The notes under the pieces were generated by a model, which did not search any database, was not told the origin of the DNA, and saw only the letters and a program-made list of their open reading frames with translations. 64,000 nt of DNA from Hyphomicrobiales bacterium (GTDB taxonomy: Bacteria; Pseudomonadota; Alphaproteobacteria; Rhizobiales; Xanthobacteraceae). The stretch covers positions 453 to 64,452 of the forward strand of contig JACESF010000018.1 in the NCBI GenBank assembly GCA_013911975.1. The letters are read 5' to 3'. A program made the position numbers and the translations under genes. This document shows positions 28,531 to 37,856 of this stretch, piece after piece; within the stretch, counting starts at the first letter, position 1; every line of letters starts with the position of its first letter.

Positions 28531-29302
28531 GGAGCGCCTCCGTCGTGCCCGCGCCCAGATAGGCCTCGATCACCTTCGGGTCCCGGCTCACCGCCGCGGG
28601 ATCGCCCTCGGCGATCTTCTCGCCGTGGTCCAGCACCACGATGGTGTCGGACAGGCGCATCACCAGCTTCATGTCGTGCTCCACCAGCAGCACCGCGACG
28701 CCGCTGCGGGCCACCTCGCAGATGAGGTGGTCGATCTCCTCCGTCTCGACCGCGTTGCAGCCCGCCGCCGGCTCGTCCAGCAGCAGAACGCGCGGCCGCG
28801 CGGCGAGGGCGCGGGCGATCTCCAGTCGCTTCAGCGCGCCGTAGGAGAGCGCGCCGGCCTCCCGCTCCGCCGCCCGCTCCAGGCCCACGCGTTGAAGCAG
28901 GACATGGGCCCCCTCGGCGGCGGCCCGGGCGCGGCGGCGCGAGGCGGGGAGCCCCAGCAGGTCGGCGATGACCGGCCCGCGCTCGTGCATGTGGAAGCCG
29001 ACGATGACGTTCTCCAGCACGCTCATCTCCTGGAAGATCTGAAGGTTCTGGAACGTGCGGGAGAGGCCGCGCCCCGCCAGCAGGTCCGGCCGCAGGCCGG
29101 TCACGTCCGCGCCGTCGAGGCGCACCCGGCCGGCGCGGGGCAGGTAGACGCCCGAGATCATGTTGAACAGGGTGGTCTTGCCCGCCCCGTTCGGCCCGAT
29201 CACCGAGACGATCTTCCCCGCGTCCAGCGCGAAGGAGACGTCGTTCACCGCCGTCACGCCGCCGAAGGCGATGCCGAGGCCCTCCACCTGAAGCAGGCTC
29301 AT
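28517..29302 (-). CDS. ABC transporter ATP-binding protein, LivG type (second system)
   Basis: [32 protein letters not shown] and LLLDEPAAG. Overlaps the neighbouring genes. Confidence 0.9.
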   Translation of the reverse strand: MSLLQVEGLGIAFGGVTAVNDVSFALDAGKIVSVIGPNGAGKTTLFNMISGVYLPRAGRVRLDGADVTGLRPDLLAGRGLSRTFQNLQIFQEMSVLENVIVGFHMHERGPVIADLLGLPASRRRARAAAEGAHVLLQRVGLERAAEREAGALSYGALKRLEIARALAARPRVLLLDEPAAGCNAVETEEIDHLICEVARSGVAVLLVEHDMKLVMRLSDTIVVLDHGEKIAEGDPAAVSRDPKVIEAYLGAGTTEALHAHG

Positions 29303-30261
29303 TCGCCCCTCCCCCGCATGAGGCGCCGCGCGCTGGGGATCAGCCCGGCCGGCAGGAAGATCATCACCAGCATCATCACGAGGCCGAGCACCACGTGCTC
29401 ATAGTCCTGCAGCACCGTGAGCACCTGGGGCAGCAAGGTGAGCAGGGCCGCCCCGAAGATGCCGCCCAGGACCGAGCCCGCCCCGCCGAGCACCGCCATG
29501 GTGACGAGCTCGATGGAATGCATGAAGCCGGCGACGTCGGGCGTGATCAGGCGGTTCTGCAAGGCGAGCAGCGAGCCCGCCACCGAGGCATAGACGGCGG
29601 AGATGACGAAGGCGTTCAGCTTCGCCCGCGCCACGTCCACCCCGGCCGTGCGCGCCGCCACCTCCGAGCCGTGGAGCGCCCGCAGCGCCCGCCCTGTGGG
29701 GCTGTCCCGCAGGTTCAGCGCCAGCCAGGCGCCCGCCAGCAAGACCAAGCCGGTGAAGGCATACCAAAACTGCGGATTGGTGAGCGTGAGGCCCAGCGTG
29801 CCGAGCCATTCGCGGATGCCGGGATCCGGCACCTTGATGCCGTCCGGCCCGCCCGTGATGTGCCCCTCATTGGAGAGCACCATGGCCACCAGCACGCCAA
29901 AGCCGAGGCTCGCCACGGCGAGGTAATAGCCTTTCAGCCGCAGGATGGGACGGCCCACCCCATAGGCGATGACGCCCGAGAGCGCGGCGCCGAGCACCAC
30001 GGCGAGGGCGGGCGGCACGCCGAAATGCACCGGCAGCAGCGCGCAGGCATAGCCGCCGATGCCGATGAACCCCGCATGGCCCAGGCTGATCTGCCCCGCA
30101 TAGCCGGTGAGGATGACGATGCCCACCACGGCGATGGAATTGACGAAGACCAGCGAGCCGACGCGGTAATAATAATTGGACGGGAAGAAGAACGGGCTGG
30201 CGATCATCAGCGTCGCCAGGACCAGGAGGGTGGCCTGCTTGGAGGAGAGGCGCATGGTCAC
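29299..30261 (-). CDS. Branched-chain-type ABC permease, LivM type (second system)
   Basis: 320-aa polytopic protein. GQISLGHAGFIGIGGY motif. GTG at 30261 (overlaps the livH-type stop) or ATG at 30255. Confidence 0.88.
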   Translation of the reverse strand: MTMRLSSKQATLLVLATLMIASPFFFPSNYYYRVGSLVFVNSIAVVGIVILTGYAGQISLGHAGFIGIGGYACALLPVHFGVPPALAVVLGAALSGVIAYGVGRPILRLKGYYLAVASLGFGVLVAMVLSNEGHITGGPDGIKVPDPGIREWLGTLGLTLTNPQFWYAFTGLVLLAGAWLALNLRDSPTGRALRALHGSEVAARTAGVDVARAKLNAFVISAVYASVAGSLLALQNRLITPDVAGFMHSIELVTMAVLGGAGSVLGGIFGAALLTLLPQVLTVLQDYEHVVLGLVMMLVMIFLPAGLIPSARRLMRGRGE

Positions 30262-31130
30262 ACCCGCTCCACCGGATTGCTGCCATAGAGGCCGCGTGGA
30301 AAGGCGAACAGCACCGCCAGGATGACGAAGAAGGCCACCGCGTCCTTGTAGTGGGAGGAGATGTAGCCCGCCGTCAGCGCCTCCATGAGGCCGAGCAGCA
30401 GGCCGCCCGCGAGCGCCCCCTTGGGGTTGCCCATGCCGCCCAGCATGGCGGCGGCGAAGCCCTTCAGCGCCAGGGAGATGCCCGCCTCGAAGCTGGTGGG
30501 CAGGATGGGGGTGATGAGCACGCCCGCCAGCGCGCCGATGGCGGCGGACAGGGCGAAGGAGAAGGTCATCACGAACCGGGTGTTGATGCCCACGAGCTGG
30601 GCGGCCAGCCGGTTGTTGGAGGTGGCGAGCACCGCCCGGCCGGTGAGGGTGCGCGTGAAGAACAGCCAGAGCGCGACGAAGATGGCCACCGCGCCCGCCA
30701 CCACCCAGAGGCTCTGGGGCAGCACCGTGGCGCCGAAGACGTGGAGCGGCGTGTCACCCGAGAAGGACGGCAGCCGGTGCAGGCCCTTGCCCAGGAGGAT
30801 CTGGGTGACGCCCCGGATGAAGATGGACGCGCCGATTGTGATGATGATGAGCGACACGACAGGCGCACCGCGCGCGGGCTCTATGGCGAAGGTGTTCAGC
30901 GCGACGCCGATGGCGGCGGTCCCCGCGATGGCGATCAGCGCCGCCAGGGGCAAAGGCAGCCCGGCGGCGACCCCGGCCACGGAGATCATGCCCCCCAGCA
31001 TCACGAACTCGCCCTGGGCGAAGTTCACCACGTCGGAGGCGTTGTAGATGATGGTGAAGCCGAGGGCGACGAGCGCATAGACCGCGCCCACCGTCACCCC
31101 GGAGGCCAGGAACTGAAGCAGATCGGACAT
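30258..31130 (-). CDS. Branched-chain-type ABC permease, LivH type (second system)
   Basis: ATG at 31130. MSDLLQFLASGVTVGAVYALVALGFTIIYNASDVVNFAQGEF. Confidence 0.88.
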   Translation of the reverse strand: MSDLLQFLASGVTVGAVYALVALGFTIIYNASDVVNFAQGEFVMLGGMISVAGVAAGLPLPLAALIAIAGTAAIGVALNTFAIEPARGAPVVSLIIITIGASIFIRGVTQILLGKGLHRLPSFSGDTPLHVFGATVLPQSLWVVAGAVAIFVALWLFFTRTLTGRAVLATSNNRLAAQLVGINTRFVMTFSFALSAAIGALAGVLITPILPTSFEAGISLALKGFAAAMLGGMGNPKGALAGGLLLGLMEALTAGYISSHYKDAVAFFVILAVLFAFPRGLYGSNPVERV

Positions 31131-31268
31131 GGTTCGCTCGCTCCTCGCGGGCGGTTCGAGGCGGCGCACGCCGGGTGGCGCGGGCGCGGGGACTGTCGCT
31201 GCGGGGGAGGGGCGCCCGGCGCGCGTCCGCGATGGTTGCGGGACGGCGCCGGTGCGCGGGCGCTAGTG

Positions 31269-32414
31269 CTAGTTCACCAGCTTCCAGCCGCCATTGCTGA
31301 TCTCCAGCATGCGGAAGGCGGACAGGTCGAGGCCGAGATGGTCGGTCTTAGAGAAGCTGTAGGTGCCCGTGGTGCCCACGAGGCCGATGGTGCCCTCGAT
31401 GGCGTCGCGGATGGCCGCCGGCTTGGCGGAGGGGGCCTTCGCCATGGCCTGGGTGAGGATCAGCATGGCGTCGTGGGCGTAGCCGCCGAAGGTGGAGACC
31501 GGCGCCCCGCCGGCCGCCTTCTCGAAGCTCGCTTTGTAGGCGAGCACCACGGGCTTCTGCGGGTCCTTGGGGTCCAGCAGGTCGCCCACCAGGAGCGCGG
31601 TGCCGGGCAGGCGCACGCCCTCGGCATTCTTGGCGCCCGACAGCTCGATGAAGGCGTTTGAGGCGACGCCGTGGGACTGGTAGAGCGGCAGGGTGATGCC
31701 GAGCTGGGCGTAGTTGCGGGTGATGGTGGCCGGACCCTGGCCGAAGCCCGTGTTGAGGATCGCCTGGATGCCCGGCTTGTTGCGGATGTTGGTGAGCTGC
31801 GGGGTCATGTCCGCATCCTTCGGGCCGTAGGTCTCGTCGGCCACGATGTCGATGCCGGAGGCCTTGGCCACCGCCAGGCACTGGGTGCGCATGGAGGCGC
31901 CGAACCCGTCGGTGCCGGAGATCAGGCCCACCTTGGTGAGGCCGCGCGCCTTCATGTCCGCGAAGATCTTCTGGCAGGCCATGCGGTCGGTGTGCGGGGT
32001 CTTGAAGACGAACGGCTTCACCGGATCGATGATCTCGATGGCGCCCGCCAGCGAGATGAACGGCACCTTGCTCTCCTCGGCCACCGCGAGGATGGCCAGC
32101 GAGGTGCCCGTAGTGGTGCCGCCCACCATGGCGGCGACCTCGTCGTCCTCCACGAGGCGCGTGGCGAAGGTCTTGGCCTTCGAGGGATCGCCGCCGTCGT
32201 CATAGAGGACGAGCTTGATCTTCTCGCCCTTGATGCCGCCCTTGGCGTTCAGCTCGTCCACCATCATGCGGATGGTCTTGGCCTCGGGGTCGCCCAGCGA
32301 AGAGGCCGGGCCGGTTTCCGAGACGACGGCGCCGATCTTGACGTCGGCGATGGCGGTGGTGGCCGTGACCGAGGCCGTCATGGCCAGCGCCAGCATGCCC
32401 GCTGCAATCCTCAT
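31269..32414 (-). CDS. Periplasmic solute-binding protein, Leu/Ile/Val-binding family (second system)
   Basis: ATG at 32414 after GGGAGGA. Signal MRIAAGMLALAMTASVTATTAIA. KIGAVVSETGPASSLGDPE...NAKGGIKGEKIKLVLYDDGGDP. Confidence 0.9.
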   Translation of the reverse strand: MRIAAGMLALAMTASVTATTAIADVKIGAVVSETGPASSLGDPEAKTIRMMVDELNAKGGIKGEKIKLVLYDDGGDPSKAKTFATRLVEDDEVAAMVGGTTTGTSLAILAVAEESKVPFISLAGAIEIIDPVKPFVFKTPHTDRMACQKIFADMKARGLTKVGLISGTDGFGASMRTQCLAVAKASGIDIVADETYGPKDADMTPQLTNIRNKPGIQAILNTGFGQGPATITRNYAQLGITLPLYQSHGVASNAFIELSGAKNAEGVRLPGTALLVGDLLDPKDPQKPVVLAYKASFEKAAGGAPVSTFGGYAHDAMLILTQAMAKAPSAKPAAIRDAIEGTIGLVGTTGTYSFSKTDHLGLDLSAFRMLEISNGGWKLVN

Positions 32415-32498
32415 CCTGTGTCCTCCCTGGCTTTGCGGTGCGCCTCCGGTTCCGTCGGGCCGCGCGGGATGGGGGTGCACGGTCGGCGGTGGGGTGCC

Positions 32499-32534
32499 CG
32501 TTCGATCTTTTATCGATAGATCGTTCGATCTTTT
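32499..32534. promoter_or_regulatory. Tandem candidate TetR operators upstream of the second liv-type operon
   Basis: CGTTCGATCTTTT occurs twice, 23 bp apart (32499-32511 and 32522-32534). The second copy is part of the palindrome AGATCGttCGATCT (32518-31). Confidence 0.5.
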
Positions 32535-32695
32535 TAATGCAGGTCTAATTCCATTTCCAGCGGAATCTGTGGCGCCCTGCCGCTGCGGGATCGGCGCTGA
32601 TATCCGTGGCAATTCAGGGATTTATCTCTTCAATTGCGGATATTTGCGGAGGGTGCCGTCGTCAAAAATCCGCGAGATGACAGCGGTGACGACCC

Positions 32696-32741
32696 TTGAC
32701 ACGTTCCAGGGAGGCAGGAATATTTAGATCGAGCGTTCGAT
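32696..32741 (+). promoter_or_regulatory. Sigma70-like promoter with overlapping operator upstream of the Rieske dioxygenase operon
   Basis: TTGACA (32696-32701), 17-nt spacer, AATATT (32719-32724). It is immediately followed by AGATCGAGCGTTCGAT (32726-32741), which shares the core CGTTCGAT / ATCGAACG. ATG at 32775. Confidence 0.55.
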
Positions 32742-32774
32742 GAATTTCTAACAATCCAAGAGGGGTGGATCGCC

Positions 32775-34052
32775 ATGCCGCATGCCGCCATGACCGAAGC
32801 CGCAGGCACACGGGACTACAGCGCGCTGATCGAGCCCGCGCGCGTCAACAGCCGTCTCTATTACGATCCGGCGATCTTCCAGGAGGAGTTGGAGAAGATC
32901 TGGTACCGCACCTGGGTCTATGTGGGGCACACCAGCGAGATTCCGAACAAGAACGACTACGTCACCAAGTCCATCGGACCCATGCCGGTGCTGATGGTGC
33001 GCGACAAGGAAGGCGAGGTCCGCCTCCTGCTCAACAAGTGCCCCCATCGCGGCAACCAGCTCTGCGCCTACCAGAAGGGCAACCGCACGAGCTTCACCTG
33101 CCCCTACCATTCATGGACCTTCTCCAATACCGGCGACCTCATGGGCTATGCCCTGCCGGACGGCTATGAGGGCCAGAGCAAGGCCGGGCTCAATCTCGGC
33201 AAGGTGCCGCGCATCGCCATCTATCGCGGCTTCGTCTTCGGCTCCATGGCGGCGGACGGCCCGTCCCTGGAGGAGCATCTCGGCGGCGCCAAGGGGGCGC
33301 TCGACCAGCTCCTCGACAACTCGCCCACCGGCGAACTGGATCTGAGCGCCGGCTTCCTCCAGCACCGCACCAAGGCGAACTGGAAGTTCATGCTCGAGAA
33401 CGAGACCGACGGATACCATCCCGGCTTCGTCCACGGCTCGGTCTTCCAGGTGACCAGTTCGGGCATCGGCAATCTCTACGGCTCCGACTCCACCGCGCTC
33501 ACCCGCGACTATGGCAACGGCCACACCGAGTTCGACCTGCGCCCGGAATGGCGCAAGAACGACAAGCCGCTGCAATGGTTCGGCACCACGCCCGAGCGCC
33601 TGCCGGACTATGTGAAGGCCATGAACGCGGCCTATGGCGAGGAGAAGGCCCGCCGGATCATGATCGACGGCTCGCCGCACGTGATGATCTTCCCGAACCT
33701 GTTCATCGCCGAGATTCAGATCTTCGTGCTCCAGCCCATGGCGGTGGACGAGACCATCCAGCACGTCACCGCCGTCCAGTTCAAGGGCGCGCCGGACATC
33801 AACCGGCGCCTGCGTCAGCAGACCATGGGCTCGGTGGGCCCGGCGGGCCTGCTGCTCGCGGACGACACGGAGATGTACGAGCGCAACCATCGCGGCTCGC
33901 AGATCCGCGATCCCGAATGGCTGGTGCTGAGCCGCGGCCTCCATCGCGAGCGGCTGGACGAGGACGGCTTCCGCATCGCTCATTCCACCGACGAGACGCC
34001 GCAGCGCGGCATCTGGCGCCACTATCTCAACCTCATGACCGAGGCCCGCTGA
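32775..34052 (+). CDS. Rieske non-haem iron aromatic ring-hydroxylating dioxygenase, alpha subunit
   Basis: Rieske motif CPHRGNQLC...CPYHSW. Mononuclear Fe ligands in ENETDGYHPGFVHG. 425 aa. AGAGGGG RBS. Confidence 0.92.
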   Translation: MPHAAMTEAAGTRDYSALIEPARVNSRLYYDPAIFQEELEKIWYRTWVYVGHTSEIPNKNDYVTKSIGPMPVLMVRDKEGEVRLLLNKCPHRGNQLCAYQKGNRTSFTCPYHSWTFSNTGDLMGYALPDGYEGQSKAGLNLGKVPRIAIYRGFVFGSMAADGPSLEEHLGGAKGALDQLLDNSPTGELDLSAGFLQHRTKANWKFMLENETDGYHPGFVHGSVFQVTSSGIGNLYGSDSTALTRDYGNGHTEFDLRPEWRKNDKPLQWFGTTPERLPDYVKAMNAAYGEEKARRIMIDGSPHVMIFPNLFIAEIQIFVLQPMAVDETIQHVTAVQFKGAPDINRRLRQQTMGSVGPAGLLLADDTEMYERNHRGSQIRDPEWLVLSRGLHRERLDEDGFRIAHSTDETPQRGIWRHYLNLMTEAR

Positions 34053-34621
34053 TGACCGCCCTCGCCCCCTCCGGCGCGCCGGGCCGCGCCGCCGCCCCGA
34101 GCCCTACCGCCCCGAGCCTCGCCGGGCAGGACCTCGCCGCCATGGACGCGGTCGCCCTGCACCATCAGGTGGCCCAGTTCCTCTATCTGGAGGCCCGCCT
34201 CGCCGACACCCACGACTATGACGGCTGGGAGAGCCTCTGGACCGAGGACGCCATCTACTGGGTTCCCGCCAATGGCGAGGACACCGATCCCGAGAAGGAG
34301 ATGTCGGTCCTCTACGACAACCGCTCGCGCATCGGCGTGCGCATCCGCCAGCTCAAGACCGGGCGCCGCCACACTCAGACGCCCCGCTCCGAACTTGCCC
34401 GCGTCGTCTCCAACATCGAGGTGGCGGCGATCGAGGGGAGCGAGGTGGAGGTGCGCGCCAACGTCCTGATCTACGAGGACAATCTGCGGGGCGATACGCT
34501 CTGGGCGGCGCGCAACACCTATCGCCTGCGCAGCACCGAGAGCGGCTTCCGCCTCGTGCGCAAGAAGATCGCGCTGGTGAACAACCACAAGCCCATCTTC
34601 ACCCTGTCCTTCCTGGTCTGA
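34052..34621 (+). CDS. Ring-hydroxylating dioxygenase beta (small) subunit
   Basis: ATG overlaps the alpha-subunit stop (TGATG). FLYLEARLADTHDYDGWESLWTEDAIYWVP...YDNRSRIGVRIRQLKTG is the typical NTF2-like beta subunit pattern. Confidence 0.88.
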   Translation: MTALAPSGAPGRAAAPSPTAPSLAGQDLAAMDAVALHHQVAQFLYLEARLADTHDYDGWESLWTEDAIYWVPANGEDTDPEKEMSVLYDNRSRIGVRIRQLKTGRRHTQTPRSELARVVSNIEVAAIEGSEVEVRANVLIYEDNLRGDTLWAARNTYRLRSTESGFRLVRKKIALVNNHKPIFTLSFLV

Positions 34622-34629
34622 GGCCCGCC

Positions 34630-35454
34630 ATGTCTGAACTTCCTGAAGCGGCCGCGGCCGAGAGCTGGATCGGCGAGGGGCCGGTCCTGCTGGACTATGC
34701 CGACGGCGTCGCCACCCTCACGCTCAACCGGCCCGACGCCGCCAACGGCATGAATATCGAGCTCATGCAGGCGCTCTACCGGGCCATCATGGTGGTGCAC
34801 CGCTCGCCCCAGGTGCGGGTGCTGCACCTGCGGGGCGCGGGCGCCAATTTCTGCGCGGGTGGCGACGTGCGCGAGTTCGCCGCCAAGGGCGAGGCCCTCG
34901 GTGACTTCCTGCGGGAGGTGACCGCCTATCTCCAGGTGGCGGTCGGGGCGCTCATCCGCCTCAACGCGGTCGTGGTCACGGAAGTGCACGGCTATGCGGC
35001 GGGCGGCGGCGGCCTCGGCCTCGTCTGCGCCTCCGACATCGTGATCGCGGGGGAGGGCGCGAAATTCCTCGCCGGGGCGACCCGCGTGGGCATGGCGCCC
35101 GATGGCGGCGCCTCGGTCATCCTGCCCCATCTGGTGGGCTTCCGCCGGGCCGCCGAGATCATGCTGTCCAACCGCATCGTGGATGCCGCCGAGGCCCTGT
35201 CCATCGGCCTCGTCACCCGCACCGCGCCGGACGACGCGCTCCGGGACGAGGCGCGCAAGGCCGCGCGCTTCTATGCCTCCGGCGCGCCCCTGGCGCTGGC
35301 CGCCACCAAGCGGCTCCTGTGGAACGCGCTGGACGTGGAGCGGGCCTTGCCGGAGGAGGCGCGCACCGTCTCCGAACTGTCCTTCACCGCCGATTCCCGC
35401 GAGGGGCTCGCGGCGGTGATCGGGAAGCGCAAGCCCGTCTTCACCGGCCGATGA
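34630..35454 (+). CDS. Enoyl-CoA hydratase/isomerase (crotonase) family protein
   Basis: LTLNRPDAANGMN, GAGANFCAGGDV, oxyanion-hole region HGYAAGGGGLGLVCASDIVIA and G..PDGGAS. Confidence 0.88.
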   Translation: MSELPEAAAAESWIGEGPVLLDYADGVATLTLNRPDAANGMNIELMQALYRAIMVVHRSPQVRVLHLRGAGANFCAGGDVREFAAKGEALGDFLREVTAYLQVAVGALIRLNAVVVTEVHGYAAGGGGLGLVCASDIVIAGEGAKFLAGATRVGMAPDGGASVILPHLVGFRRAAEIMLSNRIVDAAEALSIGLVTRTAPDDALRDEARKAARFYASGAPLALAATKRLLWNALDVERALPEEARTVSELSFTADSREGLAAVIGKRKPVFTGR

Positions 35455-36191
35455 GCGCGTCCGCCCCCGGCGCGCGCCGCGCGCTCGTCACCGGAGGCGG
35501 CGCCGGCATCGGCGCCGCCATCGTCCGCAGGCTCGGTGCCGACGGCTGCGCCGTGGTGTTCTGCGATCGCGACGCCCCGGCGGGGACCGAGCTCGCGGTG
35601 GAGACCGGCGCGACTTTCGTGCACATGGACGGCACCGACGCAGAAGCGGCGGGCGCCCTGTTCCGCGCCCATGGGCCGTTCGACGTGCTGGTGAACAATA
35701 TCGGCGCCGACCAGCACGCCTTCTTCACCCAGACCAATGCCGAGGACTGGCGCTTCCTGCTGTCGGTCAATCTGGAGACGGCCTTCCTCTTCACCCGCCT
35801 CGCCTTGCCCGCCATGCAGGGGGCGGGCTGGGGGCGGCTGGTGAACGTCGCCTCGGAGGCCGGGCGGCTCGGGTCCAAGGGCGGGTCGGTCTATGCGGCG
35901 GCGAAAGCGGGGCTGATCGGCTTCACCCGCTCCATCGCGCGTGAGAACGCCCGCTACGGCATCACCGCAAATGCGGTGGCTCCGGGACCCATCCATACCC
36001 CCATGGTGGAGCGGGCGGTGGCCGAGGTGGGCGAGAAGATCCTCGCCGACATGGCCGCCCTCACGCTGCTGCGCCGCCTGGGCGAGCCGCGCGAGGTGGC
36101 GGCGGCGGTGGCCTTCCTCGCCTCGCAGGACGCCGCCTTCATCACCGGCGAGGTGCTGGGCGTCTCCGGCGGCATGGGCTGCGGGGCCTGA
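35451..36191 (+). CDS. SDR-family oxidoreductase (3-hydroxyacyl-CoA or dihydrodiol dehydrogenase candidate)
   Basis: ATGA overlap with the crotonase stop. TGGGAGIGAA, NNIG, catalytic S...YAAAK and a PGPI motif. Confidence 0.88.
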   Translation: MSASAPGARRALVTGGGAGIGAAIVRRLGADGCAVVFCDRDAPAGTELAVETGATFVHMDGTDAEAAGALFRAHGPFDVLVNNIGADQHAFFTQTNAEDWRFLLSVNLETAFLFTRLALPAMQGAGWGRLVNVASEAGRLGSKGGSVYAAAKAGLIGFTRSIARENARYGITANAVAPGPIHTPMVERAVAEVGEKILADMAALTLLRRLGEPREVAAAVAFLASQDAAFITGEVLGVSGGMGCGA

Positions 36192-36238
36192 CGGGTGACG
36201 CAGCCTTCCATCCCGAACCCAAATTCGAGGGAAATCCG

Positions 36239-36553
36239 ATGACCCGGATCGTCTTCGTCACGCCCGACAGCCGCCGCATCGAGATTGATGCGCAGGACGG
36301 GCTCAGCGTCATGGAATGCGCCCGCCGCGCCAATGTGCCGGGCATCGTGGCCGAATGCGGCGGTGCCTGCTCGTGCGCCACCTGCCACGTGCATGTGGAC
36401 CCCATTTGGCGCGAAGCCGTGGGAGAGGCGGCCGGCATGGAGCGCGACATGCTGGAATTCGCCGACGACGTGCGCGACTGCTCCCGCCTGTCCTGCCAGG
36501 TGAAGGTGGCGCCGAGCCTGGACGGCCTTACGGTTCACCTGCCGTCGGTTTAA
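36239..36553 (+). CDS. [2Fe-2S] ferredoxin, putidaredoxin/adrenodoxin type
   Basis: 104 aa. Cys ligand pattern ECGGACSCATCHV ... SRLSCQV. Confidence 0.9.
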   Translation: MTRIVFVTPDSRRIEIDAQDGLSVMECARRANVPGIVAECGGACSCATCHVHVDPIWREAVGEAAGMERDMLEFADDVRDCSRLSCQVKVAPSLDGLTVHLPSV

Positions 36554-36558
36554 AACTT

Positions 36559-36591
36559 GATCGGTCGATTCACTTTGGAATCGGCGCCGAT
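36559..36591. promoter_or_regulatory. Weaker operator-like palindromes upstream of the CoA-transferase gene
   Basis: GATCGgtCGATt (36559-36570) and ATCGGcgCCGAT (36580-36591). They share the ATCG-N2-CGAT architecture of the other sites but not the full core. Confidence 0.25.
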
Positions 36592-36638
36592 CCCTTGACC
36601 CGCGCCCCGACCCCGGACGCGCGCAGCCGGAGAGCCAC

Positions 36639-37760
36639 ATGCCGGGCCCCCTTGCGGGACTTCGTATCATCGAGATCGTCGGCCTCGGGCCGGGCCCCTT
36701 CGCCGCCATGATGCTGGCGGATGCGGGGGCCGAGGTGATCCGCGTCCACCAGAAGGGACAGCGTCCCGACCTCCCGATCCTGAACACCCGCTTCGACGTG
36801 CTGGCGCGCGGGCGCAGGTCTATCGCCCTCGACCTGAAGGCCGCGTCCGATCTCGCCGTGATGCGTGACCTCGTCGCTCGCGCGGACGGGCTGATGGAGG
36901 GGTTCCGCCCCGGCGTGATGGAGCGCCTGGGGCTGGGGCCGGAGGTTTGCCTCGCCCTCAACCCCCGCCTCGTCTATGGCCGCATGACCGGCTGGGGCCA
37001 GGAGGGGCCGCTGCGGGACGTGGCGGGGCACGATCTCAACTATCTCGGCATGACGGGCGCCCTCGCGGCCATGGGGCCGGCGGACCGGCCCCCGCCCGTG
37101 CCGCTGAACCTCGTGGCCGATTTCGGCGGCGGCGGCATGCTCATGGCCTTCGGCATGGTGGCGGCGCTGCTGGCGGCGCGCGGCTCGGGCACCGGCCAGG
37201 TGGTGGACGCCGCCATGACGGACGGCGCCTCGCTGCTCGCCGCCATGTTCTGGGGCTTCCGCGCGGGCGGCCTGTGGAGCCCCGAGCGGCATGCGAACCT
37301 GATCGACGGCGGCGCCTATTTCTACGGCACCTATACGTGCGCCGATGGGAAGTTCCTCGCGGTGGCGCCCATGGAGGGCAAGTTCCACCGCATCTTCATC
37401 GAGCGGCTGGGCCTGGATGCGGCCGAGTTCACCCATGGGGCCGATCCCGCCGCTTGGGGGCGGCTGCGCGCACGCCTCGCGGCCCTCTTCCTGACCGAGC
37501 CGCGGGACCATTGGACCGCCCTGTTTGCGGGCACGGATGCCTGCGTGTCTCCGATCCTGGACTGGGACGAGGCGGCCGCCGATCCGCATGCGGTGGTCCG
37601 GGACGCTTTCGTCAGCGTGGACGGCGTGGTGCAGCCCGCGCCCGCGCCGCGCTTTTCCGCCACCCCGTCCACCATCGCCCACGGCCCGGCGGCGCCGGGC
37701 GCGCATGGGCGGGAGATCCTCGTGGACTGGGGCCTCGATCCCGCGCGGCTCGACGCCTGA
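36639..37760 (+). CDS. Family III CoA-transferase fold protein (CaiB/BaiF), alpha-methylacyl-CoA racemase-like
   Basis: GLRIIEIVGLGPGPFAAMMLADAGAEVIRV, GFRPGVMERLGLGPE, LVYGRMTGWGQEGP and AGHDLNY are motifs I associate with the MCR/AMACR branch. GGAGAG RBS. Confidence 0.8.
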   Translation: MPGPLAGLRIIEIVGLGPGPFAAMMLADAGAEVIRVHQKGQRPDLPILNTRFDVLARGRRSIALDLKAASDLAVMRDLVARADGLMEGFRPGVMERLGLGPEVCLALNPRLVYGRMTGWGQEGPLRDVAGHDLNYLGMTGALAAMGPADRPPPVPLNLVADFGGGGMLMAFGMVAALLAARGSGTGQVVDAAMTDGASLLAAMFWGFRAGGLWSPERHANLIDGGAYFYGTYTCADGKFLAVAPMEGKFHRIFIERLGLDAAEFTHGADPAAWGRLRARLAALFLTEPRDHWTALFAGTDACVSPILDWDEAAADPHAVVRDAFVSVDGVVQPAPAPRFSATPSTIAHGPAAPGAHGREILVDWGLDPARLDA

Positions 37761-37856
37761 CGCAAAGAGGCCGGCCCCCGGCGAAGCGGGAGGCCGGCCA
37801 GTGGCCCCGGGGCCGCGACGCCGAAGGGGGCCGGACGTCGGGGCACGCGCGGGGTG

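Noticed and set aside
36559-36591. Operator-like palindromes upstream of the CoA-transferase gene as a full member of the TetR motif set
   Set aside because: They share only the ATCG-N2-CGAT skeleton, not the AGAYCGAAYG core, and I found no convincing promoter. I kept them as a low-confidence feature only.
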